Shown: in pieces, positions 51,131-62,307 of the stretch | How positions within the stretch are numbered: position 1 is the stretch's first letter | Layout: each line of letters opens with the position of its first letter | Assembly: GCF_001194135.2 (NCBI RefSeq) | Contig: NC_068990.1 | Coordinates: 24,957,959-25,021,958 of the forward strand | Length of the DNA: 64,000 bases | Direction of reading: 5' to 3' | DNA from: Octopus bimaculoides | Lineage: Eukaryota | The notes under the pieces: generated by a model | Database searches by the model: none | The model's input: the letters and a program-made list of their open reading frames with translations, nothing else | Told to the model about the DNA's origin: nothing | Position numbers and translations under genes: made by a program

Positions 51131-52547
51131 AAGAGAATAACTGTTTCTAATTTAAGCACATGGCCTGCAATTTTGAGAAGTGTGGTTTACTTGATAGCAG
51201 CAACCTCAGTGTTTAACTGGTATTTATTACAATGGCTTGAAAGGATGAAAGGCAAAGTTGATCTCAGCAGAAATGAACCTCAGAATGTAGGCACAAGGCC
51301 AGCAATTTTGAGGGGCGGAGACCAGCCAATAACATTGGCTCAAGTACTTCATCTAGAGAGATGAAAGATAAATCTCAGCAAGACTTGAACACAAAGAGAA
51401 GGGTTAAATGAGGTAAAGGTATACATAGTATGCAAAATATGTGAATACATGAATGATGCAGTCCTTCTGATACAGAGGAACTTCCAACTAGGGCCAATCA
51501 AGTAACTCCAGAGACCCAAGTTCACTCTGACCACCAAAAGCACAAGCCCTCATACAACTGTTGTTTTCAATAATAATAGTAATAATAATGATTTCAAATT
51601 TTGCCACAAGGTCAGCCATTTTGGGGGAGGGGATAAATCGATTACATCGACCCCAGTGTTTCACTGGTACATAATTTATCAACACCGAAAGGATGAATGG
51701 CAAAGTCGACCTCGGCGGAATTTGAACTCAGAACGTAATGATAGACGAAATACCTCTAAGCATTTCGCCCGCCGTGCTAACGATTCTGCTAGCTCGCCGC
51801 TTTAATAATAATAATAATAATAATAATAATCTTTTCTACTATAGGCACAAGGCCTAAAAAAATTTTTGAGGGGTTGGGGGCGAAAGGATTATGTCGATTA
51901 CATCGACCCTAGTGTGTAACTGGTACTTGTCTTATCAACCCCGAAAGGATGAAAGGTAAAGTCGACCTCGGTGGAATTTGAACTCAGAACGTAAGGACGG
52001 GCGAAATGCAGCTAAGCATTTTACCTAATAATGGTTTCAATTTTTGGCAAGAACCCAGCAATTGTAAGGAAGAGGGGTAAATCTATTATACTGACCCCAT
52101 TGCTCAACTGCTGCTCGACCCCGAAAGGACGAGAGGCAGCATTTGAACTCAGAACGTAGAAATCAGGAACAAATACCGCAAGGCATTTTCCTCACTCGAC
52201 CCCCCACCCCCAACGTTCTAACGATTCCGATGTGTATTATGTTCTGTAAAGGAGATCTACGGTTATTCGAAAATATCTAACACATTTCCACACGATATAG
52301 TCAACAGAATTATATTTAATTAATACATACTGTAAGATTGTATATATAAATTAGGTACATGATTATACTATATAATTATAACATTCCTAACATTTAACTG
52401 TTGCGTATATAATGTAATCTTTTCTATATAAAACATGCAGGTGTCCCCGCTTTTTTGGCCCCAAATTCAAATTGGTCCTTAAATAGGGTCCTATGTATGT
52501 ATGTACACAACTATATACATATATATTCACACACACACTTAAAAACA

Positions 52548-52580
<33 letters not shown>

Positions 52581-52690
52581 AAGACATACAAACAAATATG
52601 TACGTATAAACAAATACATTTATATATACATATATTAAATATATGCAAAGATACAAACGTATATACATAAAGATACACACACACTATATG

Positions 52691-52766
<76 letters not shown>

Positions 52767-53190
52767 CACACAATATATACACATACGCACAGGAACATAT
52801 CAAAAGTGACAGTAAGAGCGAAGCAACCCCAAAAAATAGACGGACTCCTCCGAATGTTAAATGATATGGAAATACAATTGAAAGATTTTCACAAACTAAC
52901 AATCGAATAAGACGAAAAATCAGTCTAATCGATAGGTCCGAAATCGAAGAAGAGGGGAGGAGAAAAAAAAATTACACGTGTAAAGATTTTAAGACTGAGA
53001 AGCTGAAGTTTTTTTTTTTTACGTCGAGGTCGTTTACGATGTTTAGAAGTATGTCTTCAATAGATTAATATTTACATTAATCTAAAAACTCCGTGTTGAA
53101 ATAAAATATATAGAAACATACAGTTTGAGTTAGTATATAATTTAAACCTAATTTCAAGAACTGAAAGGAAGTACGGACCATAGTATTTAC

Positions 53191-53238
53191 CTTGTCAATA
53201 TCGTCCACATCAACAATTACAGCTGAATGGTCAGCCAT
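53191..53238 (-). CDS. YIPF1: YIPF1/2-family Golgi membrane protein, coding exon 1 of 9 (MADHSAVIVDVDDIDK)
   Basis: ATG in AAAATGGC context, 16 codons, then gtaaat donor in phase 0; lies in a locally CpG-richer region; joins exon 2 in frame. Assigned by phase and position rather than strong homology. Confidence 0.75.
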
Positions 53239-53565
53239 TTTGAATGTCTGCAGTGTCGTCTGCTGGCGGATGTTGTAGAGTAAAAGTAAAGAATATTGAT
53301 TAGGAAATGTATTTTATGGAGTTATTTTGATGGTGTCGCTTAAATATTTGTCTGGGAAATGAAATAAAGTGAACGTAAAATAGCTAAGGTATTGTAAAAT
53401 ATTTTAGAGTATGAACGAAATAGCTAGAAAAAGTAAAGTAACATACGTATATATANNNNNNNNNNNNNNNNNNTATATATATATATATGCATGTACGTAC
53501 AGGCATACGTACATATACATACATAGGCACATGCATGCAGTCATATTCGCATATACGTACGTACA

Positions 53566-53605
<40 letters not shown>

Positions 53606-54744
53606 TGTATATATACATACACACGCACAGACACACACTTCTAACATATGTACCTAAATAAAAAAAAAATGAAAAAAGAAACTAAAATATAATTTAATTG
53701 ATAGTAAGTGTAAATGCAGACGTGAAATCAGTTGTATAAAACGATTTAAACGGAATGCGCTTCTAGAGAGAATATTTAACATGGAATAATTTATTTAAAA
53801 AACAACACACACACAACAGAGTTAACTTCTCTTTTATAAACTCTAAGCAGTTGTTTTTATAACAGGATGCAATATGCAAAGGTGATGGAGCAGTTGAATT
53901 GTTAAAGCATCAGACCGTATTTGTCCATCGATATTTGTTCTGGCTCTTTAGATTTTGAGTTCAAATCCCAGTGGAGCTAACTTTGCCTTTCATTCCTCTG
54001 AGGTTGATAAAATAAAGTACCCATCTAGAACTTGGGTTGATAGTATTGGCTGCTCCTTCTCTTTTTAAGAAACCAAAGAAAAATTGAAGAACCAAAAGAA
54101 TAGAAAGTAGTGAATACATTCAGATATTGTGCCCGAATCTGGACGTTTCATTTAGAGTAGCCACATTCTGTTTTGTTAAGCAAACTTGCTAGATACTTTC
54201 AGCTTGATGTTCAAATATATTTCTGGTGTAAGGTAGTTATCCAGGCTTAGTCTTTTTCCCAGCTGTGCAGAGGCCACATCTTTTACTACTATTTTATATA
54301 AGGTCTACACATTTTAACAACCCTCTAGCCAGTGTTGAGTCCATACCTTTGTCTTTGAAAGACCAAATGTAACTTTCAAATTCTATATTCCATTTCTCAA
54401 TATTTTGGAAATAAATAAATATAGTTGGAAAATCATTTTTTGAACAGTCTATCTGCCATACCAATATATCTCTTGAGGGTGATATTTATGGATTTTAATT
54501 GTATTACATATACTACAGTGTCTGTGTTGAAGGATCCACTTAGTTGTTATATAATGTTGTTCCTACATGAACTACTGGTTTCCATGCACGAGTTGGGTTT
54601 CCTAACCTTAGGAAATCTGTATGTATGTTGGACTTAACATTTCAGGTGAAGGCTGCAAACCATATGGTATTATTATGCCTTTTCATTTTAGGAGCTTGGG
54701 ACTGTGGATATAAGCACATTTGTCATTGAATCTTCTTACTTCAA

Positions 54745-55300
54745 GCCTCCTTTCATCTTCTCACATGGCCTCAGACTCAACATGGAGGTTCACATCAAGT
54801 GCCTGGAGGAGGTAGTGCTGCCCTGGGTCAGAGAGTGGCTGTTGGAAGACCCTATGTCTGGCAACAGGACTCTGTACTATGCCACACAAATAGCAGAACC
54901 TAGTCATGGTTGTCAGGCAATTTCTGTGACCACATCAACCTTAACATCTGGCCACCTAACTCCCCAGACTGCAACCCTCTTGATTATTATGTATGGGGTG
55001 CAGTTGAGCGAGAGACCAACAAAACTCCTTGTAACACAGATGAACTGAAAGCAAGGATTATGGCAGCATCCACCAACTTAAACAAGGAGTTTCAGGAGAG
55101 GTTGCAGAAGAGTTGCAGGAGATTCCGAAGACGTCTGGAGGCCATGTTTGAAGCCAATGGGGGTTTTATTGAATAAATTTACTCTTTAGTATTCCAAGAT
55201 ATTTTTATGTAATTTTGGTAAATATATCTGTTAAAATGAGATGTCAGTATTATCTTCATTTTTGAGTAATTGAGACGACAGCTTATTCATTGCAACTTAT
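54745..55300 (+). mobile_element. maT (DD37D) transposase C-terminal fragment
   Basis: QQD-(37 codons, one now a stop)-D in WPPNSPDCNPLDY, counted by hand; ends FEANGGFIE*. Confidence 0.9.
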
Positions 55301-55679
55301 ATACGCTCACATGCATTGAGGCACACTTACAAACACATAAACAAGCACACGCACGCACCTGACTGGCTCCCATGTCGGTGGCATGTAAAAAGCACCCACT
55401 ACACTCTCGAAGTGGTTGGCATTAGGAAGGGCATCCAGCTGAAGAAACATTGCCAGATCAGATTGAAGCCTGGTGTGGCCTCCTGGCTTGCCAGTCCCCA
55501 TCAAACCGTCCAACCCAAGCCAGCATGGAAAACGAATGTTAAACGATGATGATGATGATGATGATGATAATGAATAACATTTTAAAATACAAGAATGACT
55601 TTGGTGGGTGTTTCCTTAGTAATATGCATCTTTCTTTGAACAAGGCATCCAACAAACCACTGTATCATCATCATAATCA

Positions 55680-56660
55680 TCATCATCGTTTAACGTCCGC
55701 TTTCTATGCTAGCATGGGTTGGACGATTTGACTGAGGACTGGTGAACCGGATGGCTACACCAGGCTCCAATCTGNNNNNNNNNNTGAACCGGATGGCTAC
55801 ACCAGGCTCCAATCTGATTTGGCAGAGTTTCTACAGCTGGATGCCCTTCCTAACGCCAACCACTCCGAAAGTGTAGTGGGTGCTTTTATGTGCCACCAGC
55901 ACTAAGGCCAGTCAGGTGGTAATGGCAACGGCCACGCTCAAAATGGTGTATTTTACGTGCCACCTGCACAGGAGCCAGTCCAGCAGCACTGGCACGATCT
56001 CGTTCGAATGTCTTTACACATGCCACCGGTACAAGTGCCAGGAAGGCGACGCTGGGCACNNNNNNNNNNNNNNNNNNNNNNNNNNNNNNNNNNNNNNNNN
56101 NNNNNNNNNNNNNNNNNNNNNNNNNNNNNNNNNNNNNCTTCGCAAGTGGAGTTTTGTGTCCAATGAAGGAAGGTACACATAAGTGGGCTGGCTACACCCC
56201 TGGCAGAGGCCTTGGATTTAGGTCTCACTTGGCTTGCCGGGTCTTCTCACGCACAGCGTATTTCCAAAGGTCTTGGTCAGAAGTCATCGCCTCAGTGAGG
56301 CCCAATGTTCGAAGGTCGTGCCTCACCATCTCATCCCAGGTCTTCCTGGGCCTACCTCTTCCATAGGTTCCCTCAACTGCTAGGGAGTGGCACTTTTTCA
56401 TGCAGCTATCGTCATCCATTCTCGCCACATGACCATACCAACACAATCGTCTCTCTTGCACACCACAACTGATGCTTCTGAGGTTCAACTTTTTTCTCAA
56501 GGTACTTACGCTCTGTCTAGTATGCACACTGACGTTGCACATCCATCGGATGTCTTCAACAGTCACGGCCCATGTTTCACTGCCATGAAGCATGGTTGTT
56601 TGTACACATGCGTCATACAGTCTGCCTTTTACTCTGAGAGAGAGACCCATTGTCACCAGC
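55680..56660 (-). mobile_element. 5'-truncated RTE LINE (RT C-terminus, 3' UTR, (GAT)n tail)
   Basis: LSLRVKGRLYDACVQTTMLHGSETW..RRLCWYGHVARM..GRGRPRKTW..REKTRQAK*; links the abundant short tails to an RTE parent. Confidence 0.92.
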
Positions 56661-57012
56661 AGAGCTCTCTGAACTTTGCCCAGGTTATTCTTATTCTAGC
56701 AGCTACACTTTCATGTATATATATATTTTTTTATATCGAGGTCACTATTTTATAGTGGCTGTTGTTGGTCGTTCAAGTGAGTGTCATTAAATGGAAAAAT
56801 AGTATGAATCACCATAAGACATTTTTGTGTATAAATATATTGTTTATTCTGTGTTCACCTTATAATGGGAGGCAAGGTTCTCGATATCGGTTGACTATCG
56901 CCTTCTCCCATTAATTTCTTATTCTTCATGTTGCTTAAGATTCCAGTATTCGAGTAAAGATGTATTAGGCAAAATGCAGGTTCTCCATTAGTTTTATTTA
57001 TAATATATACAA

Positions 57013-57310
57013 GGGTGTAGTGTGTTGCTCTCTGCAGTCATCTCAAGCGGTGTGAAATCGTTGTCCGTTATGTGGGCCCATTGCCTCAGGAGATACGACA
57101 AGTATATTAGCCTAGAGGCCCAGCCAGTAAAGTGTGCTCTGCAAGCAGTCGCAGCGGAAAAGAGAGATCGAATCTGGTTGCTGGGCTGTTTTATCCAGTT
57201 TGCCTTTGCGAGCCTCGTTGTGATCTCACGCATGGCAAATGGATGCAGGTGAGATCTCACTCCAGTCCCGGAGATGGCAATGGCTGTCGTGAGATCTCAT
57301 CCAACCTTTT
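57013..57310 (+). ncRNA. Unassigned structured element, candidate ncRNA
   Basis: GC-richer island with consecutive hairpins, a TATA-like run upstream and TTTT at the 3' end; no recognisable family motifs. Confidence 0.25.
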
Positions 57311-58659
57311 GAGGTGGAAGCATGTAGTATGATACAAAAACGTGTGTTTACATTCAAAGAAAGTTTTGATTTTTGCTTTTGTACTGAAAGAAGTAACATG
57401 TAGTATTTGTGTTACAGTATGTATGTATGTGTGTAATGAGAACAGTTATTTTAGAATGTGTGTGTGACAAAATAATTTCATTTACAAACCATATATCTTG
57501 TGTTGAGGTGAATAGACATGTGAGTCACTGTGGGACATTGTGCATGGAGCTGCAGAGAAGACATGTATCTTTGACTAAAGCCTGGCAGAAACTGAGAGTT
57601 TCTACTGTGCAGCTCAGAACGAGGCTTGTGTTTGAGAATGAGGCTACTGTATCAAAGCAAGGCTAGTGTGTCAAAGTAAGGCTAGACGCCTCATCGATAT
57701 ATTTGTCTGCTATGCAGGTCAACTCACATATTACTATGTAATATGTAGCTCTGCTACAAGGACGAATGAAGAATTGGCAATTCAACATTTTGAATTAATA
57801 AATTTATGTTTTAATGACTTTTTCCCCCAGAACCGCAATCTTCAATGTCCAGAAAAGAATTCCAAAGAATTCTCAAAAATCAGGAAAAGAAAAAAAATTG
57901 TGTGGGTTACTTAGTTGATACTCTGTCTATTTATTATCTACAAATTTTACTATAATTTAAATAAATTACTTTGCAACATTAACATCAGTTCCCTGAACGC
58001 TGGGTATTTCGGTAGTGTGTTCGCATATGTAGTTGCTTTTTGTCCTTTTTCTTCTTTCAGACATTTGACCAAGGCTGTGCTGAGACACGTCCTTGAAGGA
58101 TTCTCTCTTTTTAATCGTTCGAATCGTCACTGGTACTACTTATGCCAGTGAAGTCATTTTTGTTGATCTGCTAATGTTACCGAATACGAAGGTGGCGAGT
58201 TGGCAGAATGGTTAGCATGCCGGGCATTTCGTCCTTATATGTTCTGAGTTCAAACTCTGCTAATGTCTTTGCGTTTTATCCTTTTGGGGTCCATAAAATT
58301 AGTACTAGTTGAACACTGGAATCGATGTAATCAACTACCTCTCCCACGAAATTGCTGGCCTTGTGCCAAAATTGGAAACCAAAATTACGGATTACGTAAA
58401 CAAGCCAACACCTGTTGTTAAGCGGTGGGCGACACACACGCACTCAGTTTCTTTCTACTTCATTCACAATATACTGATAGCTTCCTGTGTGACTACGTGA
58501 AGGCGTGGTCCGAATATCCAATATAGTAGTATCAGATGTAGAACCAGCAAAAATTAAAACAGAAGATATCAACAGATGGTGCCGCACAAGAGGACTGAAC
58601 ATGAAACCAAAAGGTGGCATTACGAAGTTCAGCGAGTGTATATAAAAAAAATATAAGGC

Positions 58660-58731
58660 CTCCCCGGCGGGGAATCGAACCCCGGTCTCCCGCGTGACAG
58701 GCGGGGATACTTACCACTATACTACCGAGGA
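58660..58731 (-). tRNA. tRNA-Asp: tRNA-Asp(GTC) copy 1
   Basis: 72-nt cloverleaf TCCTCGG...CCGGGGAG, GTC anticodon, intact A and B boxes, downstream T-run. Confidence 0.98.
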
Positions 58732-59356
58732 TAACACATACAAGCCCTTACGTGTGTATGTATATATATATATATGTGTGTGTTTACATATATATTTATA
58801 TATGTATGTGTATATATATAAATGTGTGTGCGGGTACACACATACATACATTCATATATAAACACAGCAATGTTCCTCCTTATAAATAGTAAACAGATCT
58901 CATCCCCATACCCTCTTATAAAAGAGAAAGATACGCTTGATAATGTACTTCAAGCCATACGAACTATCTGAAGAAAAGGCTGGATGGTCAATGATGAAAC
59001 ACATCTGATATTACCTCTGCTCCATGAAGGCAGACCTACCCTGATCTCCAGGAAAACAATTTATAAACACACACACTTTTGTGTTTCTATATCTATATAT
59101 GTATATGTGTCTAGACATTATACTGAAATGAAAATGTTATCGCAACAGGATTAAAGAAAAAATGAACTTGTGAGAGGAAAACAGCAAGATTTATTCGGTA
59201 GATCTCTATGTTGTAGAAGAAATAAAAGTATTTGATTTAATGAATTTGTTACTCATTTTTCTTAATATTCTTTCTTCAAACAGAATTATAGTGACACTCC
59301 TCGGGATCTTCCGTTCATAAAATTAGTTTCTTAATTTACGCTGCTATTTCAGCCCG

Positions 59357-59428
59357 TCCTCGGTAGTATAGTGGTAAGTATCCCCGCCTGTCACGCGGGA
59401 GACCGGGGTTCGATTCCCCGCCGGGGAG
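59357..59428 (+). tRNA. tRNA-Asp: tRNA-Asp(GTC) copy 2
   Basis: Identical 72-nt sequence; TTTT terminator within about 10 nt. Confidence 0.98.
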
Positions 59429-59583
59429 GCTTGTATTTTAAATTTTTGCTGGTTCTACATCTGATACTACTATATTGGATATTCGGACCACGCCTTCACG
59501 TAGTCACACAGGAAGCTATCAATTGAATAGGCATTAATGCCAATAAAAGAATGAAAAAAATAAAAAACAAACTAAAAACAAAC

Positions 59584-59632
59584 CTCCCCAGCAAAGTATC
59601 GAAACCCGGTCACCCACATTACAAGCTGAGGA
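59584..59632 (-). pseudogene. tRNA-Asp pseudogene, 3' two-thirds
   Basis: Reverse complement CCTCAGCTTGTAATGTGGGTGACCGGGTTTCGATACTTTGCTGGGGAG aligns to the tRNA-Asp anticodon arm through 3' end, with many C to T changes. Confidence 0.75.
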
Positions 59633-61050
59633 AGTGATGAATATTGAAAGCATGTATTTATCGCTTCTTGGGTAATTGCTGGCCTGGTTCAAATAACTGG
59701 TATTTGAATCCANNNNNNNNNNNNNNNNNNNNNNNNNNNNNNNNNNNNNNNNNNNNNNNNNNNNNNNNNNNNNNNNNNNNNNNNNNNNNNNNNNNNNNNN
59801 NNNNNNNNNNNNNNNNNNNNNNNNNNNNNNNNNNNNNNNNNNNNNNNNNNNNNNNNNNNNNNNNNNNNNNNNNNNNNNNNNNNNNNNNNNNNNNNNNNNN
59901 NNNNNNNNNNNNNNNNNNNNNNNNNNNNNNNNNNNNNNNNNNNNNNNNNNNNNNNNNNNNNNNNNNNNNNNNNNNNNNNNNNNNNNNNNNNNNNNNNNNN
60001 NNNNNNNNNNNNNNNNNNNNNNNNNNNNNNNNNNNNNNNNNNNNNNNNNNNNNNNNNNNNNNNNNNNNNNNNNNNNNNNNNNNNNNNNNNNNNNNNNNNN
60101 NNNNNNNNNNNNNNNNNNNNNNNNNNNNNNNNNNNNNNNNNNNNNNNNNNNNNNNNNNNNNNNNNNNNNNNNNNNNNNNNNNNNNNNNNNNNNNNNNNNN
60201 NNNNNNNNNNNNNNNNNNNNNNNNNNNNNNNNNNNNNNNNNNNNNNNNNNNNNNNNNNNNNNNNNNNNNNNNNNNNNNNNNNNNNNNNNNNNNNNNNNNN
60301 NNNNNNNNNNNNNNNNNNNNNNNNNNNNNNNNNNNNNNNNNNNNNNNNNNNNNNNNNNNNNNNNNNNNNNNNNNNNNNNNNNNNNNNNNNNNNNNNNNNN
60401 NNNNNNNNNNNNNNNNNNNNNNNNNNNTCAGCTGGCAGCGAAGGCTAAATTAAGGAACTCATTTTATGACGGCGTTAGCCGGGGCGTGTCACTATGTTTC
60501 TGTGTTGATATAAGGAAAGTTTTTAAGGTTGTTTAATTTGATGACAATAAAAGCAAACAAATTGCATAAATCATATAAAATACTTACACATCTTCCACAA
60601 CATAATTATCTAATATTCAAATCCTGTTGGTTCACCTCTCACGTATTTTTTTTTTTTCATTAATTCTCTTACAATGATATTTTTATTTCAGTTTAACATC
60701 TAGACATAGACATACAGTACTTTTTGGTTATCTCACCCCCAGTAAAAAAAGTTATATTTAAATATAGAAGCACAAACATGGGCCAGTGTTAATAAGTTGT
60801 TTTGCCGCAGGTTATGTCTGTCTTGATAAAAGTATGACGAAATGGTTTTCACTTGTAACTATCCCGTTCTTCTTTCTTCGAATCGTGTGTGTATATATAT
60901 AAGTCCATCATCTACCATGCGATTCCTTTCCAATAAAACAAAATCTGGCAAATATTTCTGATTCATCTACGAGGAAATATTCAGTCATACATACGCACAA
61001 TCACACGTGCATACAGATAAATATACGTATGAAAAATCCTTAAAGTGTCA

Positions 61051-61122
61051 TCCTCGGTAGTATAGTGGTAAGTATCCCCGCCTGTCACGCGGGAGACCGG
61101 GGTCCGATTCCCCGCCGGGGAG
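61051..61122 (+). tRNA. tRNA-Asp: tRNA-Asp(GTC) copy 3, T-loop variant (GGTCCGA instead of GGTTCGA)
   Basis: One substitution at 61104 (U55 to C) relative to the other five copies. Confidence 0.9.
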
Positions 61123-61282
61123 GCTTATGTTTTCTAATTTTTGTTGGTTCCATATCTGATATTATATTGGATATTCGGACCACGCCTGTACGTAGTCACA
61201 CAGGAAGCTATACATGACTCTTGAATAGGCACGAATGCCGTCATGAAATGAGTTCCTTAATTTAGGTCTCGCTGTCAGCTGG

Positions 61283-61320
61283 TCCTCCGTAGTATGGTTG
61301 TGAGTAACCTCGCCTTCCAC
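61283..61320 (+). pseudogene. tRNA-Asp pseudogene, 5' half
   Basis: TCCTCCGTAGTATGGTTGTGAGTAACCTCGCCTTCCAC aligns to nt 1-38 and carries the same 5' leader (..gagttccttaatttagg..cgctgtcagctg) as copy 4. Confidence 0.8.
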
Positions 61321-61380
61321 TTTTTTTTATAGTAAAAGAATGGGAAAAAATAAAAAAATTAAAAAGAAACCGAAAACAAA

Positions 61381-61423
61381 CCAACCCGGCAAGACATCGA
61401 AACCGGGTTACCCACGTTACGTG
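61381..61423 (-). pseudogene. tRNA-Asp pseudogene, 3' half
   Basis: Paralogue of 59584-59632 in the duplicated flank; the GGTTTCGAT T-loop remnant is still recognisable. Confidence 0.65.
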
Positions 61424-61678
61424 TTGAATATTCAGAGCGGGTATTTATCACTTCTTGGACAATTGTGTGGCTGGCCTGGTTCGAATAAATGGTACTTGAA
61501 TCCACAACGCCAATGTTAAAAAAATATAGTGGGAGATCGAATCGCCCGTCTTTCACGTAAGAACCAAGGCTAGTGCTGGGTATTCGAAAAAGGCATCTCT
61601 AATTGACCGGCCTTGTTCAAACAATCGGTTTTCGAATGTAGAACGCAACTAACGAAAAAAAAAAAAAAAGTAATGAGC

Positions 61679-61750
61679 CTCCCCGGCGGGGAATCGAACC
61701 CCGGTCTCCCGCGTGACAGGCGGGGATACTTACCACTATACTACCGAGGA
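61679..61750 (-). tRNA. tRNA-Asp: tRNA-Asp(GTC) copy 4
   Basis: Identical 72-nt sequence on minus; long T-run downstream. Confidence 0.98.
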
Positions 61751-62235
61751 TCAGCTGACAGCGAAGCCTAAATTAAGGAACTCGTTTTATGACAGCATTA
61801 GCTGGGGGCTTGTCACTATGTTTCTGTGTTGATATAAGGAAAGTTTTTAAGGTTGTTTAATTTGATGACAATAAAAGCAAACAAAATGTATAAATTATAT
61901 AAAATATTTCCACAACATAATTATCTAATATTCAAATCCTGTTGATTCTCCTCTCATGTGTTTTGTTTTTCATTAATTACAATATTTTCATTTCAGTTTA
62001 ACATCTAGACATAGATATACATGTCTTGATAAAAGTATGACGAAAAGGTTTTCACTTGTAACTATCCCGTTCCTTTTTTCTTCAAATCGTAGAAGTTCAT
62101 CATCCACCATGTGGTTCTTTTCCAATAAAACAAAATCTGGCTGTTATTTCTGACTCATCTACGAAGAAGTATTCAGGCTTACACACGCACACGTACATAC
62201 CCATAAACATATGTATAAATGCCCTGTAAGTGTCA

Positions 62236-62307
62236 TCCTCGGTAGTATAGTGGTAAGTATCCCCGCCTGTCACGCGGGAGACCGGGGTTCGATTCCCCGC
62301 CGGGGAG
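62236..62307 (+). tRNA. tRNA-Asp: tRNA-Asp(GTC) copy 5
   Basis: Identical 72-nt sequence; T-run terminator downstream. Confidence 0.98.

Noticed and set aside
55743-55816. 32-bp direct repeat flanking a 10-N gap
   Set aside because: Identical sequence on both sides of a minimal gap is most simply an unmerged contig overlap.
56897-56930. U2 snRNA-like start (ATCGCCTTCTC)
   Set aside because: Similarity ends after about 10 nt; no branch-point-pairing GTGTAGTA or Sm site follows.
57232-57248. Mini first exon MANGC with CAG|GTGAGA donor
   Set aside because: The only in-phase downstream acceptor found (about 58060) lies in a SINE tail; no supporting coding exon in the window.
57013-57310. Naming the structured island as 7SK, RNase P/MRP, SRP, U3 or telomerase RNA
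   Set aside because: No GGAANNUCNGNG or GAAAGUCCCC P4 motifs, no SRP helix-8 motif, no C/D boxes in the U3 arrangement, no CUAACCCU template. 7SK-like words (GATC pairs, CATCCAA..TGAGG..GCATGT) occur but not in the right architecture.
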